From the NCBI GenBank assembly GCA_007130125.1, contig SLSZ01000033.1, positions 1 through 53,655 of the forward strand: 53,655 bases of DNA, in the 5' to 3' direction. A program made the translations under genes and the position numbers. How positions within the stretch are numbered: position 1 is the stretch's first letter; each line of letters opens with the position of its first letter. The notes beneath the pieces are model-generated. The model did not search any database. It was given only the letters and a program-made list of their open reading frames with translations, and was not told the DNA's origin. This stretch comes from Bacteroidales bacterium (GTDB taxonomy: Bacteria; Bacteroidota; Bacteroidia; Bacteroidales; UBA7960). Below are positions 8,391-16,931 of the stretch, in pieces.

Positions 8391-9665
8391 ATGAAAATAA
8401 AACACATAATATATCTTTTGTTCTTTTTTGCTTTTCTGTCATGTGAACCTGAAATAGAAAGCTTTAAGCCTTCTGCCGGAGATGCTGACTTTTCATCAAT
8501 GATTGCTGTGGGAAATTCATTGACGGCAGGATTTGCCGACGGCGAGTTATACAGATCGGCTCAGCTGACTTCTTTTCCAAATATTGTTGCACAGCAATTA
8601 CAACATGTTGGCGGTGGTGAATTTAATCAACCATTAATGAAGGATGATTATGGATTTGGTAACAGGCTTGTTTTGAAGGTTGTTGATGGAGAGTTAAGGC
8701 CTGTGCCAGCCGAAGTGCCTGAAAATCCGGAGAATTTTGTTTCAATATACGATGAAGAAGGCCCGTTTCATAACCTTGGAGTGCCGGGAGCAAAAACCAG
8801 CCATCTGCTTGCTCCGGGATATGGAGTATTAAATCAATATTTTGGACGGTTTGCTAAAGATGTTGTCTCCAGCAGTGTGCTGAGTGATGCAATGATAGTT
8901 GATCCAACTTTTTTCATACTTTGGATCGGAAATAATGATATTTTAAGTTATGCCATGAGTGGAGGTGAGGGAGAAACTATTACCGATATAGATAGTTATT
9001 CAAGTTTAATGAATATTATACTCAATGAGCTTACTTCAAATGGAGCTAAAGGTGCTATAGCTAATATTCCGGAAGTAACTGCTGTGCCGTTTTTTAATAC
9101 AATACCTTCTACCGGCCTTGTTCTTACGGCTGAAGAAGCAGCAGCTCTGAATATAGCCTATGAAGATGTTCCACATATTGAATTCCAGGAAGGCCCGAAT
9201 GGGTTTGTTGTGAAGGATGTGAATATAATCGGAGGCATTCGTCAATTAAAACCGGAAGAATTATTGCTTCTTAGTGTGCCACGAGAAAGCATTTTGAATG
9301 AAGGACTGGGTAGCGAAATACCAATAGCCCAGGAGGATTATTTATCAGAAGAACAAATTAATAATATTAATAATGCTGTTAACCTATACAATAATTTTAT
9401 TGAAAATGCTGCAGATAATTTTGACCTGGCATTAGTGGATGTTTATACCCTTTTAAAAGAAGCAGAAACAGGAATGTATTTTGATGGAATTAACTTCACA
9501 ACTCAATTTATTACCGGTGGAGTTTTTTCGCTTGACGGCATCCATTTGACCGCAAGAGGAAACGCTATAGTAGCCAATCAAGTTATAGATGCAATTAATC
9601 AAAAATATAACAGCTCAATACCCAAAGTAAGTGTAACAGATTATCAGGGTATTATTTTCCCTTAG
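8391..9665 (+). CDS. SGNH/GDSL-family hydrolase lipoprotein
   Basis: 424 aa. Lipobox FFAFLSC. Block I is VGNSLTAGF (Ser nucleophile), block III is GNNDIL, and block V is DGIHLT. Confidence 0.8.
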   Translation: MKIKHIIYLLFFFAFLSCEPEIESFKPSAGDADFSSMIAVGNSLTAGFADGELYRSAQLTSFPNIVAQQLQHVGGGEFNQPLMKDDYGFGNRLVLKVVDGELRPVPAEVPENPENFVSIYDEEGPFHNLGVPGAKTSHLLAPGYGVLNQYFGRFAKDVVSSSVLSDAMIVDPTFFILWIGNNDILSYAMSGGEGETITDIDSYSSLMNIILNELTSNGAKGAIANIPEVTAVPFFNTIPSTGLVLTAEEAAALNIAYEDVPHIEFQEGPNGFVVKDVNIIGGIRQLKPEELLLLSVPRESILNEGLGSEIPIAQEDYLSEEQINNINNAVNLYNNFIENAADNFDLALVDVYTLLKEAETGMYFDGINFTTQFITGGVFSLDGIHLTARGNAIVANQVIDAINQKYNSSIPKVSVTDYQGIIFP

Positions 9666-9687
9666 ATAATAAAACTTATGGATATTA

Positions 9688-9730
9688 AACAATAAGCTCC
9701 GGCAGCATCGACTATCCGGAGCTTATTGTT
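9688..9730. terminator. Intrinsic terminator hairpin between convergent genes
   Basis: 15-bp perfect stem aacaataagctccgg / ccggagcttattgtt with a 13-nt loop, followed by ttt. It lies between the SGNH stop (9665) and the DUF2905-like stop (9749). Confidence 0.6.
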
Positions 9731-9748
9731 TTTAATTGTCCGAGTTAT

Positions 9749-9970
9749 TTAAAAAAACCGTTTGATTATATTAACAATGATCGTTAGTGCCAGGCTTATT
9801 AATAAAAAAGTCATTATTGGTGCGTAAATTGTAATATTCTCTCTTTTGATCTTAATATCACCCGGCAAATTGCCAAACCAGTGGAGCTTGTCTGATAATA
9901 ACCATATAGCTATACCGGCAATTATTAATATTACTCCTGTAGCAATTAATATTTTGGCAGCACTTTGCAT
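9749..9970 (-). CDS. DUF2905-family small membrane protein
   Basis: 73 aa, two TM helices, central LPGDIKIKREN motif typical of DUF2905. Confidence 0.75.
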   Translation of the reverse strand: MQSAAKILIATGVILIIAGIAIWLLSDKLHWFGNLPGDIKIKRENITIYAPIMTFLLISLALTIIVNIIKRFF

Positions 9971-9973
9971 GTT

Positions 9974-10732
9974 TTAATCATTGTTCATAAATCCCTGATC
10001 TTTCAACACTTTAAGCAACACATTGCTGAAGTGGATATTATCCTTTTTGGTATAACGCTTATCGGTAAATATTTGTGCAAGGTTTTCTACCTGGTTTTCT
10101 TCTATCAACTGCTTGGTTAGCGGCAAGCTTTCTTTAAAACTGTAAATATTGTCAATTTCTTCTTTCGAATAGTCTTTGTATTCTTCATGATGAATTACAC
10201 CTTCCATTGGCAGCCGATCTACTTGTTCGGGATCTTCATCGGGATATCCTACTACAACCGTTGTAACAGGCACAACCCCTTTGGGCAGATTGAAAAAATC
10301 GATTAGTTTGTCTGCCTGGTAAGTTGTAGTACCAAGGTAGCATATACCGAGGCCTTCGGATTCAGCTGCAACACAAACATTTTGAGCTGCCAGTAATGCA
10401 TCAATAGCTGCGGTAACAAATGACAAAAAGTTATCATAACCGGGCTCAGCATCACGTTGTTCGCACCATTTGTTAAAACGGTTGAAATCGGCACAGAAAG
10501 TAAGTATTACAGGTGCATCTTCAACCATCTTTTGCCCAAAATGCAGCTTGCATAATTCATTTCGCTTATCCTGATCTTTTGTAACTATTACACTGTATAC
10601 CTGCATGTTACCTGTAGTTGACGCTCTAATTCCGCCTTCCAGGATATTGTTAAGTAATTCATCAGAAATATCGTCTTTCTTGTAATTCCTGATTGTTTTG
10701 TGATTCAGTAATGTTTCAATAGTATTGTTCAT
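9974..10732 (-). CDS. NADPH-dependent nitroreductase-family oxidoreductase (NfsA-like)
   Basis: The ORF track extends to 10795. The family N-terminus starts at the internal Met (MNNTIETLLNHKTIRNYKK), so I place the start at 10732. Also RASTTGNMQVYSVIV. Confidence 0.85.
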   Translation of the reverse strand: MNNTIETLLNHKTIRNYKKDDISDELLNNILEGGIRASTTGNMQVYSVIVTKDQDKRNELCKLHFGQKMVEDAPVILTFCADFNRFNKWCEQRDAEPGYDNFLSFVTAAIDALLAAQNVCVAAESEGLGICYLGTTTYQADKLIDFFNLPKGVVPVTTVVVGYPDEDPEQVDRLPMEGVIHHEEYKDYSKEEIDNIYSFKESLPLTKQLIEENQVENLAQIFTDKRYTKKDNIHFSNVLLKVLKDQGFMNND

Positions 10733-10973
10733 AAAATTAAATTTTAATTCTTTCTCGCTATTTTTCAGCAAAATTATAAGTTTAAAACGAAACAATAAAA
10801 TAAATATACCCTGTTAAATTGCAGACAGTATTAATTATTGCTGCGTGTAAGTATTGGCAAAGGATTTAAATACATAACAAAAACAAACATACCGTATGCT
10901 GAATATTTGCAAAGTATATTCATTAGTAGCTATTTATAACATTTAAAAAGGCAACTTATAAGAGCTTTGTTTT

Positions 10974-12422
10974 CTATTGATCTTTGCTTTGGAGTTTTTT
11001 TGCTGCCTCTGCTTTCCTGTGGAAAACGTCAATAGCAACTATAAGTGCTATCAGGCCCCAAAAAAGCACTGAGGCTTTGTCGGTATTAAGAAAATTATTT
11101 AAGAAGCCATGGGCAAAGTAAGTAATAAGCCCTAAAGTGGCTCCCAGTGAGAGCCAGCGCAGGTTGCCGTCATGGATTTTATAAAAGTTACGTATACCGG
11201 TATATAAAACCGTGATAACTATAGCAATAAATGTCAGCATGCCCGGCAAACCTGATTCAGCAAGAGGGCCGATATACTCACTATGGGCATTACCCACATC
11301 TCCAAAGTGTGTGGTAATGGGAGTGTAGTCTTCCCAGCGTTGAAACGGGGCATAAACAAATTGATAAGTTCCCGGACCCCAACCAAACACAGGCCTTTCT
11401 TCAAACATTCGTATAGCTGATTTCCAGCGATTTATGCGTTCTAAATTAGAAGCATCGGTGGTGATATTGTATATTGACTGTATATGCTCCCTGAAATCAC
11501 CGGAAGACTCTTGTTGATCACGCTCAAGCTTAATAATGATATCGGTCTGAAATGTATAAAACAGCCCAAAAACCAACAAAGCTGTTGCGGCAATAAATCT
11601 GTAATTGATCCTGAAGTATATTAAAATAAATGCTGCAACGGAAACTATAATACCCAGCCAGGAAGCACGGCTATAACTAAAGATTATTCCCGTTGTGAAA
11701 GCCATAAATATCAATAATGCAAAAAACCTTTGCAACGATGAATAATTCCTGTTGAATATGAAAATAAAAAATAATGGTGTAAGTAACGAAATAACAGCAC
11801 TGTAGTTAGTATGATCATTGAAAAATGGCCTTACTATCCATGTACCTACCTGCCTGTCAAAACCATAAACGGAATGTTGAAAGGTAATTATAAGTATTAC
11901 AATAGCAAGCGGGACACCATAATACCACAAAAATCTGTGTAAGTTTATCTTTTCTTTGAAAAGCTTTATAAAAACAAAATAAAACGTTACAATATACCAT
12001 AATTGAGATATAAAGTATTTTAAAGAAACTAATTTCATCTCGCTGGTTACTGAAGTTATCAGCATCCAAAACAGGTAAACAGCTATTGCTATTGTTACAG
12101 GGTGTTTTAATATAGCACGTTCATATCGTTGTTCATATATTAGTTTAAGGAAGAACAACATCAAAATGGCTGCAATTATGGGTTCTGCAGGCATATTAAC
12201 AGTAAATCCCATTGCAGCATTTTCATATTTTACTGTAAAAGGTGTAATTATTATAAGTAGGAACAAAAGTTTATCAAGAGAAAAGAAAAACAGGTACCCA
12301 ATAATAATGGCTACTGGCAATGCAGTAAACCAATAGAATCCTTGGATTATCAAAGCTATATTGAGAGCGATAAATAATCCGCAGAAACCGTATAGCAGAC
12401 TTATTTTATTGGGTTTATGCAC
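10974..12422 (-). CDS. O-antigen ligase / Wzy_C-domain polytopic membrane protein
   Basis: 482 aa with at least 10 predicted TM helices. A Wzy_C-like segment (YSRASWLGIIVSVAAFIL) is followed by a large loop. GTG start 6 nt after the upstream gene's stop. Confidence 0.75.
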   Translation of the reverse strand: MHKPNKISLLYGFCGLFIALNIALIIQGFYWFTALPVAIIIGYLFFFSLDKLLFLLIIITPFTVKYENAAMGFTVNMPAEPIIAAILMLFFLKLIYEQRYERAILKHPVTIAIAVYLFWMLITSVTSEMKLVSLKYFISQLWYIVTFYFVFIKLFKEKINLHRFLWYYGVPLAIVILIITFQHSVYGFDRQVGTWIVRPFFNDHTNYSAVISLLTPLFFIFIFNRNYSSLQRFFALLIFMAFTTGIIFSYSRASWLGIIVSVAAFILIYFRINYRFIAATALLVFGLFYTFQTDIIIKLERDQQESSGDFREHIQSIYNITTDASNLERINRWKSAIRMFEERPVFGWGPGTYQFVYAPFQRWEDYTPITTHFGDVGNAHSEYIGPLAESGLPGMLTFIAIVITVLYTGIRNFYKIHDGNLRWLSLGATLGLITYFAHGFLNNFLNTDKASVLFWGLIALIVAIDVFHRKAEAAKKLQSKDQ

Positions 12423-12428
12423 TGGAAG

Positions 12429-13475
12429 TTATTTTTTTTCGCTTTTACTCTTATTTTTACTTTTGATAATACCCTTATTCTCAAGATTATTGTATATCAT
12501 AAGGATTACTACTCCCAGAAAACCTGCGGCAAAAGTTGAGATTACTACGATCAGCCATCTTACGGGGTAAACCTTGCGTTCCGACTCATGTGCTTCATCG
12601 ATTATAAATTTAAAGGAAACGAAGCTTTCCAGGTCGGCTTTAGCCTCTTGATAACGACGGTGGGCAGTAGCCAGGTTTTCACTTGACTCCTTTATATAAT
12701 TTGTTAAGTGCATGAAAGAACCACCATGTTCTCCCATGTCTTCAAGCCTTTGCTCGAGAGCCCTTACTCCCCGGGTATTCCCTGCTGAGATATCCTGTGC
12801 AAGTTGACGGAAAAGCATAGCTGTCTGGCCTTCATAATCGTAAACTCCCTTTTTCATTATAACACGCAGAGAATCTTCAGATTTCTTAATTTCCTGCTGT
12901 GTATTGTCATATTGGTTTTTCGCTGCCTCATATGCAAGCAGTGCTCTTTCATATCTCATTTCATTCTGAACAGTATCAACAAGAGCTGCTATTTCGTTTG
13001 CAATTTTTGCAGCCATTGCCGGATCTTTGTCCCTGACATTAACCTCTACAGCACCGAATTCCGTACGGCGAAATGACACATTGCTTAAATATTCACGGTT
13101 AACCCTGGTGTACAAATATTGATGATCCCAGGGAATTTCATAATGTTCGATAAGATTAAACCTTTCTATGATACGGCTGCGTATTTCTGATGACCCAAGA
13201 ACTTGCAGTAAGCGCTCTGCATCATCAATTTCGCCATATTGTAAGAAATCACGCGTACCTGCCGCTACACCCAAAACAGACCTTGACAAACTTACACTCT
13301 GTGAGGGAAACATTGTTACGGTTGACTGATATTTTGGCGTTATGAAAAATGGTGCTGAGAAAATTGCAGCAGCAATGGCAGCGGCTAAACATATTATTGC
13401 CAAATGTTTCCACCATCTGATAATGAACATGAATATGTGTGTGGAATCGAAATCAGTTTTTTGTTCGTTTTTCAT
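12429..13475 (-). CDS. Polysaccharide co-polymerase (Wzz / chain-length determinant-like)
   Basis: 348 aa. N-terminal TM, long coiled-coil-rich periplasmic region and C-terminal TM (PCP topology). Lys-rich tail. No kinase domain. Confidence 0.65.
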   Translation of the reverse strand: MKNEQKTDFDSTHIFMFIIRWWKHLAIICLAAAIAAAIFSAPFFITPKYQSTVTMFPSQSVSLSRSVLGVAAGTRDFLQYGEIDDAERLLQVLGSSEIRSRIIERFNLIEHYEIPWDHQYLYTRVNREYLSNVSFRRTEFGAVEVNVRDKDPAMAAKIANEIAALVDTVQNEMRYERALLAYEAAKNQYDNTQQEIKKSEDSLRVIMKKGVYDYEGQTAMLFRQLAQDISAGNTRGVRALEQRLEDMGEHGGSFMHLTNYIKESSENLATAHRRYQEAKADLESFVSFKFIIDEAHESERKVYPVRWLIVVISTFAAGFLGVVILMIYNNLENKGIIKSKNKSKSEKK

Positions 13476-13716
13476 TGTGTTGTGTTTATTAACAATTAAG
13501 ATTGCTTGATTATGTTTTTGAATTACTTGTTACAGTGAGTTACTTTTTAATAACAGTATATTAAAAAACGCCACAAACCTACATAAATTTTTATCATAGT
13601 GATCAATTTTTATATAAAAAATAATACTCCGTGCTAACAGAAGTATAATTGAATTGACATAGCTATATTAATTAACAAGGATTAATCCTGAAATGGGAGT
13701 AATCTTTTCATAAAGT

Positions 13717-15198
13717 CTAATGGTCTTCGTACTTTAGTATTTTAATGATATTTCTTACACTTATCAATTTGATTATGAAAGATAGCAATACTCCTGTTGC
13801 TACCATTATTAAAAAGTTTATGTACCATACAAAAGGAAGCAGATATGAAAGCTGGTTGATGATGATCATACCCAATATAAAAATCACTAATTTGCTTATA
13901 AGCAAGTAGTTAATTTTTAAATTAAATATTTTTTTAACCAGGAGGATCTGGAGGCTTGCAACTAAGAATTGTGTGAGAAGACTTGAAATTGCCGAACCAT
14001 ATGCCTGGAGAATGGGGATAAGCCATAAGTTAAGGCTTATGTTTAATATCATTCCGCCAAAAGCAATAATATTGAGGTGTTTGAGGTTGCCATTGGCAGT
14101 CATCAGAGTGCCAAAAACATAAGTAGATGAAATTGCAACAAAACAACACATCAGTAATGAAAAAACTTTGGAAGATGATTCAATTCGAAAAGCAAATTCT
14201 ACAGCGGTTTCGTCAACATGTCTTGAATATAGCAATTCCATTATTTCGGAAGAATAATGAAAAGCTCCTGCTGCAACAATTATTGCCGGTGTTATAATTA
14301 AAGTATATGATAGTTTGGCTAATTCCTCAATAGGTTGTTTTTGTTTTATCATTCTTGCAAATATGGGTAAAAGCAATACAGAGAATAGCAATGCAAACAT
14401 ATTTGCCGCATCAAGTAAACGATACGCTGAAGCATAAATTCCTGAATACCTTGCTCCATTAGGAAGCAGTCTCTCGAGCATTACACTGTCAATCCTGTTG
14501 TAGAAAGTCATAAGTAACACCAAAACAGCAAAAGGAAAACTTTTTTTAATTATCATCAGGAAAAAAGGCCAGTTCCAGTTAATTTTGAAAATGCGTACTT
14601 GTGCCTTTTTTAGTAAAATGGATAAGCCGGTTAATGCAGTAAGACCGTATGCTGTGGTTTGTGCATATACGAAATATTGGATTTTAAATTCGCCAACAAC
14701 ATTGCCCCATAACAAAACCGCACAAATGATTATCATAAGAGTTCTGTCAAGAACAGACATGATGCTGTCAGTTACGAACATATGTAAACCACCAAAATTT
14801 GATCTAAAATATAAAATGAAGCTCAGAAGAAACTGATTAATACCAAGAAAAATCAATAACATGATCTGTTCACGGCTGTAATCAATTATAAATGCACCAC
14901 CAAAAGTGAAAATTATATATAAAAGAAAAAGCAGTAATTTTAAAACTATTATTTTCGATAGGTGCTTGTTTAATAAATGATTGTTTTGAGCAATGTTTCT
15001 GTTATTGAAATTGGTAATACCCAGGTCTAAAAGAATGTTGAACAAAAAAGAGAAATTGAAAACAGCAAAGTAAAAGCCGTATTCGCCAGCCCCAACTGTG
15101 TTTTGTACCGTACGGTCAATGCCCAACAACCAAAAAGGCTTGATAAGCAGGTTAAGTACAAGTAAAAAAACAAGATTTTTTAAAAACCTACGCTGCAT
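13717..15198 (-). CDS. Oligosaccharide flippase (Wzx, MOP superfamily)
   Basis: 493 aa, about 12-14 TM helices, typical Wzx-like N-terminus (FLKNLVFLLVLNLLIKPFW). Confidence 0.75.
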   Translation of the reverse strand: MQRRFLKNLVFLLVLNLLIKPFWLLGIDRTVQNTVGAGEYGFYFAVFNFSFLFNILLDLGITNFNNRNIAQNNHLLNKHLSKIIVLKLLLFLLYIIFTFGGAFIIDYSREQIMLLIFLGINQFLLSFILYFRSNFGGLHMFVTDSIMSVLDRTLMIIICAVLLWGNVVGEFKIQYFVYAQTTAYGLTALTGLSILLKKAQVRIFKINWNWPFFLMIIKKSFPFAVLVLLMTFYNRIDSVMLERLLPNGARYSGIYASAYRLLDAANMFALLFSVLLLPIFARMIKQKQPIEELAKLSYTLIITPAIIVAAGAFHYSSEIMELLYSRHVDETAVEFAFRIESSSKVFSLLMCCFVAISSTYVFGTLMTANGNLKHLNIIAFGGMILNISLNLWLIPILQAYGSAISSLLTQFLVASLQILLVKKIFNLKINYLLISKLVIFILGMIIINQLSYLLPFVWYINFLIMVATGVLLSFIIKLISVRNIIKILKYEDH

Positions 15199-15316
15199 TT
15201 GCCTGTTTTATTTTTTTAGGTCTTACCAACGCATCAAATTTATAAACTTTTATTGTGGAATTATTTTTTATATAATAAAAATTCAAAATACGCATTTTAA
15301 AATATATCATTTAATT

Positions 15317-15324
15317 TACTTTTG
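15317..15324 (+). promoter_or_regulatory. Candidate -7 box (TAnnTTTG) upstream of the Smr gene
   Basis: TACTTTTG at 15317-15324. It overlaps the ORF-track start at 15322, which argues for the ATG at 15367 as the true start. Confidence 0.45.
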
Positions 15325-15366
15325 CAGTTATTTAGAAGGAACCGAAATTTTAAAATCAAAGAAATT

Positions 15367-16458
15367 ATGAAATTCAGAATAGGTGACAGGGTAGGCTTTT
15401 TGGATGATAAGGGTGGTGGAAAAATAACCAAAATCGTTGATGAGAATATTGTCCATGTTGAAATAGAAGACGGGTTTGAAATTCCCGTTGTCATTTCAAA
15501 TCTTATACTGACATCATCCCGGGACCATTATGAGTCTGCAGAGCATTCGAATGACGTTGATGCACAAGTTTATAAATCTGATAGTGATGAGAATGTTACT
15601 CCTCTCTATTCATCTGCAGATAAAACAGATTTGCCGAAGGATGGAGTTTATTTTTTTATTATCCCTGAAAACCAGGAAAAACCTTTGGCAGGAAATTTGA
15701 TGTTGTATCTTGCAAATAATACTGACTACCAACTTCTTTTCAGTTTGTTTACCAACGAATCAGGGAATTTTTATGGGTTTGACCTCGGATATGTGGAACC
15801 AATGTCAAAAATTTATCTTGATACAATAGAAAGATCAAAAATCGAAAATTGGGTTAATGCATTGGTGCAAGTTAACTTCTTCAAAGAGGGAAAAGCTACT
15901 ATATTGCAGCCACTTAGTCAGACCATAGATTTTAAACCTGTCAAAACATATAAGGAAGATGCTTTTAAATTAAACAAAATGACCGGCTGTAAAGCCATAA
16001 TGGTTCAACTGGGATTGGTGAAAGACCAAATTTTTAATCCTTATGCTTTAAAAGATAAATCAAGTGAAAACCTGGATTTGCTGAAAGAAAAAATATCCAT
16101 GGAAAGAAATATAGAATCGAAGAAGCAAAAAGTGGAAAGTTCTATTCTGGACAAACACAGGATTGATGACAAAGTTGCAGAGGTTGATCTGCATATAAAC
16201 AAGCTGGTGGATGATTTTACAAATCTTGAGCCAAAAGATTTAATTGATATTCAGATTGATTATTTCATGAAATGCCTGGATCAAGCTCAAAAAGAGAGGT
16301 ATAGAAAGATAATCTTCATTCATGGAATAGGGGATGGGGTGTTGAAGAACGAGATACATAAACATTTGAAAAAAACTGATGGAGTTCAATACTATGATGC
16401 ACCATACAATCGTTATGGGATGGGTGCTACTGAAGTATTGTTTTACAGAAATAAATAA
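15367..16458 (+). CDS. Smr-domain protein with DUF2027-like N-terminal region
   Basis: C-terminal Smr domain (VDLH..., IIFIHGIGDGVLKNEIHKHL). The N-terminal KOW/SH3-like segment begins MKFRIGDRVGFLDDKGGGKI. Start moved from 15322 to 15367. Confidence 0.85.
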   Translation: MKFRIGDRVGFLDDKGGGKITKIVDENIVHVEIEDGFEIPVVISNLILTSSRDHYESAEHSNDVDAQVYKSDSDENVTPLYSSADKTDLPKDGVYFFIIPENQEKPLAGNLMLYLANNTDYQLLFSLFTNESGNFYGFDLGYVEPMSKIYLDTIERSKIENWVNALVQVNFFKEGKATILQPLSQTIDFKPVKTYKEDAFKLNKMTGCKAIMVQLGLVKDQIFNPYALKDKSSENLDLLKEKISMERNIESKKQKVESSILDKHRIDDKVAEVDLHINKLVDDFTNLEPKDLIDIQIDYFMKCLDQAQKERYRKIIFIHGIGDGVLKNEIHKHLKKTDGVQYYDAPYNRYGMGATEVLFYRNK

Positions 16459-16460
16459 AA

Positions 16461-16824
16461 GAAGCAAGCCGACCTGTCGCTGCATTTAATGGTATGCGGA
16501 GGAAAGTCCGGGCAACACAGAGCATCATACTTCCTAACGGGAAGCCGGCCGGTCTCTTTTGGGACAGGCCGAGAGAGAGTGCCACAGAAAATAACCGTCC
16601 CGGTACCATGTGTATCGGGATAAGGGTGAAAACGTGAGGTAAGAGCTCACGACTTTTATGGGTGACCATAAAAGGGGGCAAACCTTATGAGTTGAAAGGT
16701 CAAATATACCGGGGCTTGAGTGTGGCTCGCACAATCCCGGAGGGTAGACCGATAGAGGCAGGGTGTGAATCCTGCCCCAGATAAATGACAGGATAAAACA
16801 GAACCCGGCTTATGGGCTTGCTTC
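16461..16824 (+). ncRNA. rnpB: RNase P RNA, bacterial class A
   Basis: P1 stem gaagcaagcc (16461-16470) pairs with ggcttgcttc (16815-16824). Universal P4 motif GGAGGAAAGTCCGGGC at 16498-16513 and 3' P4 strand ACAGAACCCGGCTTAT. Also GTGCCACAGAAA and GGTGAAA. The region is locally GC-rich and followed by a T-run. Ends are uncertain by a few nt, and P1 could extend to 16459/16826. Confidence 0.95.
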
Positions 16825-16931
16825 TTTTTTTTGAATTGTTGAAAAAATTAAGGATTTGTTAATAAATCATTGAATGAATCAAACTTTTATTATTAGTAAC
16901 TTAGCAAACAATTACCTTTCATAAATTTAAT

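Noticed and set aside
8227-8442. 71-aa minus-strand ORF spanning the FadL-SGNH spacer and the start of the SGNH gene
   Set aside because: It has low-complexity, implausible sequence, overlaps the well-supported SGNH start, and has no promoter or start context.
13677-13690. 12-bp perfect palindrome aggattaatcct just downstream of the wzx stop
   Set aside because: It is a single occurrence with no loop for a hairpin, and palindromes of this size arise by chance in AT-rich DNA. There is no supporting context.
16427-16734. Two minus-strand ORFs (84 aa and 66 aa) in the ORF track
   Set aside because: They lie entirely inside the RNase P RNA gene and are artefacts of its GC-rich sequence.
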